From Bradymonadia bacterium (GTDB taxonomy: Bacteria > Myxococcota_A > Bradymonadia > UBA7976 > UBA1532): 64,000 bases of DNA. Each line of letters opens with the position of its first letter. Position 1 is the stretch's first letter. Location: positions 1 through 64,000 of the forward strand of contig JBKAGE010000047.1 of NCBI GenBank assembly GCA_046290225.1, in the 5' to 3' direction. Of this stretch, positions 57,283-64,000 are shown piece by piece. The notes under the pieces are model-generated. The model searched no databases, was not told where the DNA came from, and saw only the letters and a list, made by a program, of their open reading frames with translations. A program made the position numbers and the translations under genes.

Positions 57283-58824
57283 TCAGGGTAGGGCGTTCTC
57301 GTTCGAGAGCAGCGGGCGCTCGCTCGAGTGCTCGAGGAGCTGCTTTTCCGCAGCTTCCGCGCCCACCTCCTCATCGTCGACCCCGCGATCGTTCTGACCC
57401 GAGAGCTGCCCCCAGGCCACGAGGCCCACCACGAGAGCAGCGATGAGCCCCACAGTCTTGAGCACCCAGGTCGAATCACCCCCACGGGCAGCAGGCGCCT
57501 GTCGAGGTTTGGAGGTGCGTCGTGGGCTGGCAGGCGTGCTCGACGGCTGACGGCCGCGTTGGGGTGGGGGTGTCCGCCGTGGTGTGTCGAGCAAGTTGCT
57601 GCGCTGGTCGAATCGATCCGAGGTCGCGGCATCGTCGGCGGTCTCGCCGCGCATGGCCAGCGCCCCTTCGTCAACGGGCAGGTTGAGCATCAGGCGTCCA
57701 TCAGTGCCCATCTCCACCCGAGCCACAGCGATCGGCTCCAGGGCGCCGCTGGAATCCACCACACTGTGGTGCGGCGTAGGCGTCAGCGGCACCAGGGGCT
57801 CGGAGTGACTCTGAGATGCCTGGCCCACAGCCTTGCGGATCGCCGTCGCCATCTCCATGGCCCGGCCGAAGCGATCTGCAGGGTTCTTGCTCAACGCCTT
57901 GCGGACCACCGCCTTGAGGGCCTCGGGCACATCACAGGTCAGCTCCGGTACGGGCCACTGCGCGTGCTGCTCCATCATGCGATAGCTGCTGCGCGCGTTG
58001 TAGGGCGGCCGGCCTTCGAGCATCTCGAACAAGATCACGCCCATGGCGTAGAGATCGGTCTCGGGACGCAGAGGCTTTGCCATGGCCTGCTCGGGGGCCA
58101 TGTACTTCGGCGTACCCATCACCTCTTTCTGCCCCCCACCAGAATCAGCGGTCTGGCTCAGCAACGGCCGGCCACCGAGGGCGCCCATCAGCTGCCCCAC
58201 CCCGAAGTCGAGGATCTTGAGGCGAACCACACCGCCCCTCTGCACGGAGACCATCATGTTCTCCGGTTTGAGGTCGAGGTGCAGCACATCGGCGTTGTGT
58301 GCTTCCTCGAGGCCTGTGAGGGCCTGGGTGATCCAGTTGATGACCATGGGCAGCTCGAGGCGCCCATCTTCATTGAGCACATGACGCAGAGTCCGGCCCT
58401 CGACATACTCGAGGACCATGTAGAACACGTCGTTGTGGTGACTGAAGTCGTAGAGGGTGACGATGTTGTCGTGGTTGAGGCGAGAGATCACCCGCGCCTC
58501 GTCGACGAACCGCTCCTTGAGCCCCTCCGCGTTGTACTTGGATGCCGCCTCAGGGCGAATCACCTTGAGGGCCACCACGCGGTCGAAGGGATCTTGCAGC
58601 GCTCGATAGACCTTGCCGAAGGCGCCATGACCCAACACGTCGAAGACCCGATACTTGTCGTCGAGGTGCAGCCCCAACAGCTGATCTTCATCAAACTTTC
58701 GGTGCACATCCAGATCGAGCAGAACCGCCCCATCTGTTGGGCAGAGGGTGCCTGGGGGGCCCTGGTAGTTGCGGCCGCATCGGCGGCAAATCAACAACCC
58801 GGTCTCTTGAGGCGCGTTGGTCAC
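57283..58824 (-). CDS. Ser/Thr protein kinase, membrane anchored
   Basis: LGHGAFGKVY, VALK, HLDLKPEN, DFG, GTPKYMAPE; N-terminal CxxC..CP.DG; C-terminal TM. Confidence 0.92.
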   Translation of the reverse strand: MTNAPQETGLLICRRCGRNYQGPPGTLCPTDGAVLLDLDVHRKFDEDQLLGLHLDDKYRVFDVLGHGAFGKVYRALQDPFDRVVALKVIRPEAASKYNAEGLKERFVDEARVISRLNHDNIVTLYDFSHHNDVFYMVLEYVEGRTLRHVLNEDGRLELPMVINWITQALTGLEEAHNADVLHLDLKPENMMVSVQRGGVVRLKILDFGVGQLMGALGGRPLLSQTADSGGGQKEVMGTPKYMAPEQAMAKPLRPETDLYAMGVILFEMLEGRPPYNARSSYRMMEQHAQWPVPELTCDVPEALKAVVRKALSKNPADRFGRAMEMATAIRKAVGQASQSHSEPLVPLTPTPHHSVVDSSGALEPIAVARVEMGTDGRLMLNLPVDEGALAMRGETADDAATSDRFDQRSNLLDTPRRTPPPQRGRQPSSTPASPRRTSKPRQAPAARGGDSTWVLKTVGLIAALVVGLVAWGQLSGQNDRGVDDEEVGAEAAEKQLLEHSSERPLLSNENALP

Positions 58825-58934
58825 GTCTGCTCCGCGCTGACGCCGGCTGTGAGGAGGCGCGTCTCGCTCTCCGCCGCTGGCAAGGTCTCAGTAGATGCCA
58901 AGCCTACAGGCTTTGTCTATAGGCTCAAAGTGAG

Positions 58935-59729
58935 TCATGTATCGAATGGGTGATACATGCCCTCTCCCTGACGCACCCAGGTAAAAAGATGCAGGTGCGC
59001 CTCTTCAGCGAGCTGCCTGGCGAGGCTCGTCGCCGCCCCCACCGCCACCAGGACCGCCACTCGGGCCAAAGCGGCTTTCTGTACGATCTCGAAGCCCACT
59101 CTGCCGCTGACCACCAGGGTGCTGCCCTCCGGGCGCTCGCCATCAGCGGCGAGCACAGACCCGATGATTTTATCGACGGCGTTGTGACGCCCCACGTCTT
59201 CTTTGACACCTCGCCAGCGCCCGGAGGCATCGATGAGGGCGGCGCCATGTACTCCACCAGTGCGGGCGAAGAGCGCCTGCTCACCTCGCAACCGCTCAGG
59301 GAGCAGCACGACATCCTTCAGATCCGGCGCAGGGGTCTTGGGCATCGGGCTCACCCGCTCGAAGATCTGCTCGATGGAGACTTTGCCGCACAGGCCACAG
59401 CTCGAGCTGCCGTAGAGAGCCCGCCGCGCAGCCTCGAGGCGCGACGCGATGTCGGGGGCCCCAGGGGCCAGGCGCACCTTGACCCGATTCTCTCGATGAC
59501 GACGCCTTTGATCCTGACAGTGGGCCAGAGCCGCGATGTCGTCGGGCAACTCGACGAAGCCCTCGGTGTGCAGGAACCCCATCACCAGATCGAGATCGTC
59601 ACCGGGTGTGCGCATGAGCGCAGCCACGGGGTGACCCTCGACCTCGATCTCCAGAGGCTCTTCGATGGCGAGGGCGTCGAGGCCCGCGCCACGCCGCCGC
59701 ATCACCGGCACGGTGACGTCACCGCTCAT
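58935..59729 (-). CDS. fdhD: formate dehydrogenase accessory sulfurtransferase FdhD
   Basis: EEPLEI, MRTPG, SSCGLCG, TGGVHGA, EDVGRHNAVDK. Confidence 0.92.
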   Translation of the reverse strand: MSGDVTVPVMRRRGAGLDALAIEEPLEIEVEGHPVAALMRTPGDDLDLVMGFLHTEGFVELPDDIAALAHCQDQRRRHRENRVKVRLAPGAPDIASRLEAARRALYGSSSCGLCGKVSIEQIFERVSPMPKTPAPDLKDVVLLPERLRGEQALFARTGGVHGAALIDASGRWRGVKEDVGRHNAVDKIIGSVLAADGERPEGSTLVVSGRVGFEIVQKAALARVAVLVAVGAATSLARQLAEEAHLHLFTWVRQGEGMYHPFDT

Positions 59730-60697
59730 GCGAAGGGCCGGGGGATTCCAGGTGAGATCGGCATCCGGGCGATCTGGCCTTCGATGGCCTGCAGCCTGCG
59801 TTTGATGGCCGAGGCCTCTTCTTCTGGGTGATGGCGCAGGTAGAGCGTGTACTCGGCCTGGGCTTCGTGCAGCCGCCGGGCCCGCTCGTGCATGCGGGCC
59901 AGATCGAGATGGGCCCGGGTCACGGGTGGCCGGCCGAGGAGGGCCTCTTTGAAGTGATGCACGGCCCGGGGTGGATCTTCCTCGATGAAAGCCCGGCCGA
60001 GGGCGTAGTGCGCAGGGCCGAAGTCTTTCTGGCGTTCGATGACCTGGTTCAACAAATCGCGGCCCTCGAGGGCGCGCTTCTGGGCGAGGTACACCAAAGC
60101 CAGCTGGTAATGAATGCGCACATCCCGACGCTCGAACCTGAGGGCGGTCTGCAGCGCATTCTCGGCTTCTTCGTGGCGCTTCTGTTCGAAGGCGCACACC
60201 CCGAGCATGTACCAGGCGCGGGCGTCTTTGGGACGGGTCTGGACCACAGTGTCGAAGCACCAGGTCGAGGCTCTCAGGTTGCCCAGAGTACGCTCCACCA
60301 GACCCAGGTTGAACAGCACCCGTGGATCACCAGGCACGGCCTTCAGAGCAGCCTCGTACTCCCGAGCAGCCTCAGCACCTCGATCGGCCTCTCGGAGCAC
60401 ATTGCCCAAAGCAAAACGAAACGACGCCTCTTCGGGACCAAGGGCCGCCGCATGGGCAAACCGCACACGTGCTTGCTCGAAGAGCCCCTTTGCCAAGGCT
60501 GCGCGGCCAGCGTGAAAGTGCAACCAGGGCGCATCGGGAAACCGCAACAAGGCCCGGTGCAGCTCCAGAATCGCCCGCTCGGACTGCCCTGCGTCGACCA
60601 GGGCCTGTCCCCAGCGTTGATAGAAACGCGGTGAGCCGCCCATGAGGGGCTCCAGGGTAGAGAGCAACCACACCACGCCCCGACTCGAGGCCTTCAC
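59726..60697 (-). CDS. tetratricopeptide repeat protein
   Basis: Multiple TPR motifs; 4-bp overlaps with both neighbours. Confidence 0.85.
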   Translation of the reverse strand: MKASSRGVVWLLSTLEPLMGGSPRFYQRWGQALVDAGQSERAILELHRALLRFPDAPWLHFHAGRAALAKGLFEQARVRFAHAAALGPEEASFRFALGNVLREADRGAEAAREYEAALKAVPGDPRVLFNLGLVERTLGNLRASTWCFDTVVQTRPKDARAWYMLGVCAFEQKRHEEAENALQTALRFERRDVRIHYQLALVYLAQKRALEGRDLLNQVIERQKDFGPAHYALGRAFIEEDPPRAVHHFKEALLGRPPVTRAHLDLARMHERARRLHEAQAEYTLYLRHHPEEEASAIKRRLQAIEGQIARMPISPGIPRPFA

Positions 60698-62220
60698 TGC
60701 TCTGGCTCCATCAACGCAGCAGCGAGGGCCGCCACCTGCTGAGCAGACTCCAGGGCCCCGGCCTCAGTGAGCAATGTGGCCAGCTGCAGGTAGTGATCAG
60801 CGACCGGGCTGCCGCCGGCGACGAGGATCTTGAGCCAGTGGGCCTGCCGCTCGGTGTTCTGAGCCATCTGAGCCGCCGAAGCCGCCGCGGACAACACCTC
60901 GACCTGCTGGCCCATGATCTCGTGGACCTCGATGAGCTGCTCCAAGAAGCTCAAGGCCTGCTCGGGGCCTGTATGGCTCAAGTAGCGCTCCGCGAGCTGG
61001 AGGGTGGGCTCTACAGCCCAACCCGGGGCTGCCTCGATGAGCGCCTGCAGCTCGGCCCAGGCCACCTGCTCGTCACCGGTGGCCAGCAACGCCTGCACCT
61101 TCAAGCTGGTGTACTGATGCAGATCATCCCCCTCGGGGACCACACCTTCGAGCCCGCTCAGCACAGCTTTGGCCTGCTCGGCATAATGGACCACGTGAGG
61201 CTCGCCCCGGCCGAGACCCACCTGCATCAGGGCGTTGGCCTGAGCCAGATCGGCCCGCCATCGCGCCACCGACGGATCTTGAAATGCTGTGGCCCCGAGG
61301 CCCGCAGGCACCAGGCGGCCCTGTTTGAAGAGCGCGGCCCCCTGAATCGGGCGCCCGGACTCCATGGCCGCCTGACCTGCCACATACGCCAACGTGCCAT
61401 AGTCGGGGTGCGTCTTCAGGGTGCCGAGGGCAAGCTCGAGCGCCTCTTCGGGCTGCCCCAGGCTGCGGAGACATTCCACAGCAAAGACCGTGGCGCTGAG
61501 GGCATGATTCACCGCCCCACCATGCTCGATGACGTCGACGAGCAGCGGTAGAGCTGCGACGTTGTCACCGGCGGAGTAGTGCTGACGGGCCAGATGGAAC
61601 CACACCTGCGGATCATCAGGTCGCGCCTGCATCTCCGCTTCGAGCAGCTTCAAATTCCGGGCGTGCTTGCCTCGGGCAGCCATCAGCCCGGGATCGTACC
61701 CGAGGTGTACGATCTGCACCTGATCTACGAACCACATGCGCACGCTGTGACCCTGCTGGGCCACTGCCTGCTCGTGAATGCGCCCTTCGAACCTGATCCA
61801 GGGCTGGTGGCGCCACAACCGTGCCATGTGATCAGCCCCGAGGTGTCGCCCCTCGGCGTCGACGTTGACGATTTGCGGCAAGTAGAGGGTGGGCTGCTCG
61901 GGATCGTCTGCTTCGAGCAACGACATCAAGGGCCCGTAGCTGTCGCCGCTCAGCCGCTCATCGGCGTCGAGAAACAGCACGAAGTCGCCTGTGGCGGCGT
62001 CGAGGGCGGCGTTGCGGGCAGCAGAGAAGTCGTCGATCCAGGTGAACTGGACCACCTGGGCATTGAAATAACGGGCAATCTCCATCGTGCGATCGGTGCT
62101 GCCGGTGTCGACGACGACGATCTCGTGCACGACAGGGGCGGCAGACTCGAGGCAGCCGGCGATGAAGTCTTCTTCATCGCGGACGATCAGACAGAGTGAG
62201 ATTTTGGGCGCGTCGGCCAC
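60694..62220 (-). CDS. GT2 glycosyltransferase with TPR repeats
   Basis: ISLCLIVRDEE, VDTGSTD.T, DFSAARN, LDADE, GRIHEQ, HLGY; TPRs. Confidence 0.9.
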   Translation of the reverse strand: MADAPKISLCLIVRDEEDFIAGCLESAAPVVHEIVVVDTGSTDRTMEIARYFNAQVVQFTWIDDFSAARNAALDAATGDFVLFLDADERLSGDSYGPLMSLLEADDPEQPTLYLPQIVNVDAEGRHLGADHMARLWRHQPWIRFEGRIHEQAVAQQGHSVRMWFVDQVQIVHLGYDPGLMAARGKHARNLKLLEAEMQARPDDPQVWFHLARQHYSAGDNVAALPLLVDVIEHGGAVNHALSATVFAVECLRSLGQPEEALELALGTLKTHPDYGTLAYVAGQAAMESGRPIQGAALFKQGRLVPAGLGATAFQDPSVARWRADLAQANALMQVGLGRGEPHVVHYAEQAKAVLSGLEGVVPEGDDLHQYTSLKVQALLATGDEQVAWAELQALIEAAPGWAVEPTLQLAERYLSHTGPEQALSFLEQLIEVHEIMGQQVEVLSAAASAAQMAQNTERQAHWLKILVAGGSPVADHYLQLATLLTEAGALESAQQVAALAAALMEPEQ

Positions 62221-62223
62221 GCC

Positions 62224-63072
62224 TCAGAAGGCAAACCGGGCCCGGCCCCGGAGCTTCCGTCGGGCGTGGACCTCCGTGAGGATCACGGTGCTGTTGTCGT
62301 CGCCGCCACGGGCGTTGGCCAGATCGATGAGGGCCCGGCCGGCCTGACGAGGGCCGAGGTTCAACACGGCGTCGAGCAGCTCGGCGTCTTCGATCTCGCC
62401 GGTGAGGCCATCGGAGCACATCAGGAAGATGTCGCCGGGCTCTGCCGGTACGGCGCCGACGTCGACCTTCACCTCGCGCTCGAAGCCGATGGAGCGGGTG
62501 ATGATGTTGCGCATCATGGAGTGACGCGCCTGCTCGGCGGTGATGAGACCTGCCGCCACCTGCTCCTGAACCAGCGAGTGGTCTTCGGTGACCTGGTGAA
62601 TCTCGCCGTTACGGATCAGGTAAGCCCTGCTGTCACCCACGTGGCCGAAGTAGAAGATCGAGCCGTAGAGCAACATCATGGTGCACGTGCTGCCCATGCC
62701 CGCGAGCTCTGGATAGGCCCGAGCGGTGTCGAAGACGAGGGCGCAGGCGTCGAGCACGGCCCCTTCGATGATGCCCGGCACGTTGATCGGCCCTACGCCG
62801 CTGCTCCGCTCTGCGGTGGTGAGCCGCTGCACGATGGAGCGGCCGACCTCCTGCACGGTGAGCCTGCTGGCCACCTGGCCACCGGCGTGACCCCCCATGC
62901 CATCGGCCACCACCCACAGATGGTTTCGGGGCAAGACCAGGAACGAGTCCTCGTTGGCCTCCCGGCGCTGGCCTACGTCGGTGAGGCCATGGCCGCTCAC
63001 CCTCAGGGCGGGTCGGCGGGTCTTGATGGAAGGGGTAAAGGCCCAGATTTCAGGCCGATTGGTCTTGTTCAT
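62224..63072 (-). CDS. PP2C-family Ser/Thr phosphatase
   Basis: TDVG..R..NED, VADGMGGH, GHVGDSRAY, DHS, CSDGL, GG.DN.T. Confidence 0.92.
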   Translation of the reverse strand: MNKTNRPEIWAFTPSIKTRRPALRVSGHGLTDVGQRREANEDSFLVLPRNHLWVVADGMGGHAGGQVASRLTVQEVGRSIVQRLTTAERSSGVGPINVPGIIEGAVLDACALVFDTARAYPELAGMGSTCTMMLLYGSIFYFGHVGDSRAYLIRNGEIHQVTEDHSLVQEQVAAGLITAEQARHSMMRNIITRSIGFEREVKVDVGAVPAEPGDIFLMCSDGLTGEIEDAELLDAVLNLGPRQAGRALIDLANARGGDDNSTVILTEVHARRKLRGRARFAF

Positions 63073-63396
63073 CGCAGGCGAGTCCGTCCGGGCGCCCCTG
63101 CCCGGATGGCAGGGAAGGTTCTCCAAAGCTGATGCAGACTACTGTGTGGCGTCACACAGGGCAATGGATATAGGTCAATCGTCCTGCGATGGGCGAATCG
63201 ACGAAAAAACGAGATCTGAACTGCGCCCTTGTCCTACCCTGCCCAGCGGAGTGTCACGTGGTCGATCCACATACACACACTCGCGATGTACGAAATGAGG
63301 CTCACGCATCGGCCAAACCGATGCGTGGGGAGGCGCTGGTACTCGTGGCACGGCCTCGACATCCAGCAATGAAGCGCTCGGTCCCGAGAGGTGACA

Positions 63397-64000
63397 ATGA
63401 ACAATAGAGCAGCGTATTACCTGATGGTGGCCTTGCTCGCCATCGGCTGCGACGACGAAGGCAACGAGACGCCAGACCCCGGTGGTGCTGGTGGTGGTGT
63501 CGGCGGCGCCGGTGGTGATGTCATGGGTGGTGCCGGTGGTGGCACCGGAGGCATGCCCGGCGGTGCTGGTGGCGCCGGCGGCGAGATGATGCCTGACGCA
63601 GACATCGGCGGTGCCGGTGGCGTCGGCGGCGATATGCCCGACATGGGCATGGGCGGCGCCGGTGGTGGGATGACCGAGATCGATCTCGAGATCACCGCAC
63701 CTGAGGACGGGGCGTTCTTCAACACCGCTCAGGTCACCGTCGAGGGGACGGTCGACCCTGAGGTCCCGGTGAGCATCAACGATGTCGACGCAGTGGTCGT
63801 CGACGGCGCCTTCTCCAACACCGACATCTACCCTGAAGGCGAGACCACGGTGACGGTGGAGGCTGAGGCCGAAGACGGCAGCACCGCCTCCGCCGAGGTC
63901 TCCTTCACCGTGGATACGGTGGCGCCCATCATCACCGTCGACGCACCGATGGACGGCGCGACGATCGACGGTGAGATGGTGGTGGTGGAAGGCTCGATCG
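63397..64000 (+). CDS. lipoprotein with Gly-rich linker and Ig-like repeats (partial, runs off the window)
   Basis: ATG 63397: MNNRAAYYLMVALLAIGC lipobox; GGAGG repeats; ITAPEDG...V.G.V...VDT.AP; absent from the ORF track because truncated. Confidence 0.75.
   Translation, partial: MNNRAAYYLMVALLAIGCDDEGNETPDPGGAGGGVGGAGGDVMGGAGGGTGGMPGGAGGAGGEMMPDADIGGAGGVGGDMPDMGMGGAGGGMTEIDLEITAPEDGAFFNTAQVTVEGTVDPEVPVSINDVDAVVVDGAFSNTDIYPEGETTVTVEAEAEDGSTASAEVSFTVDTVAPIITVDAPMDGATIDGEMVVVEGSI

Overview
High-GC bacterial chromosome segment, most likely Myxococcota or Bradymonadia-like (inferred from a MYXO-CTERM-like tail, MopE-type Cys/Asp repeats, Ser/Thr kinase and PP2C genes, and many lipoproteins). 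About 50 genes. Core genes are ffh, ssb, pcnB, fdhD and bcp, alongside secreted enzymes, signalling genes and transporters. Main points of interest: (1) a DUF4157 (eCIS-core-like) polymorphic toxin with JAB/MPN-like and PD-(D/E)xK-like domains, followed by a coupled immunity-like gene and a pseudokinase; (2) three tandem TIGR02452 (bacterial PARG-like) genes, two preceded by paired NrtR-like operators 25 bp apart; (3) a translationally coupled DUF262 + HipA-kinase operon with no HipB, a candidate undescribed defence or toxin-antitoxin module; (4) a roughly 450-nt densely structured non-coding element downstream of ssb; (5) an orphan adenine methyltransferase reading in frame into bcp; (6) a secreted cationic protein with mirror-symmetric cysteine spacing; (7) a MITE-like 47-bp inverted repeat; (8) sigma54 and ECF promoter motifs. 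All family assignments come from motif recognition by eye; no searches were run.
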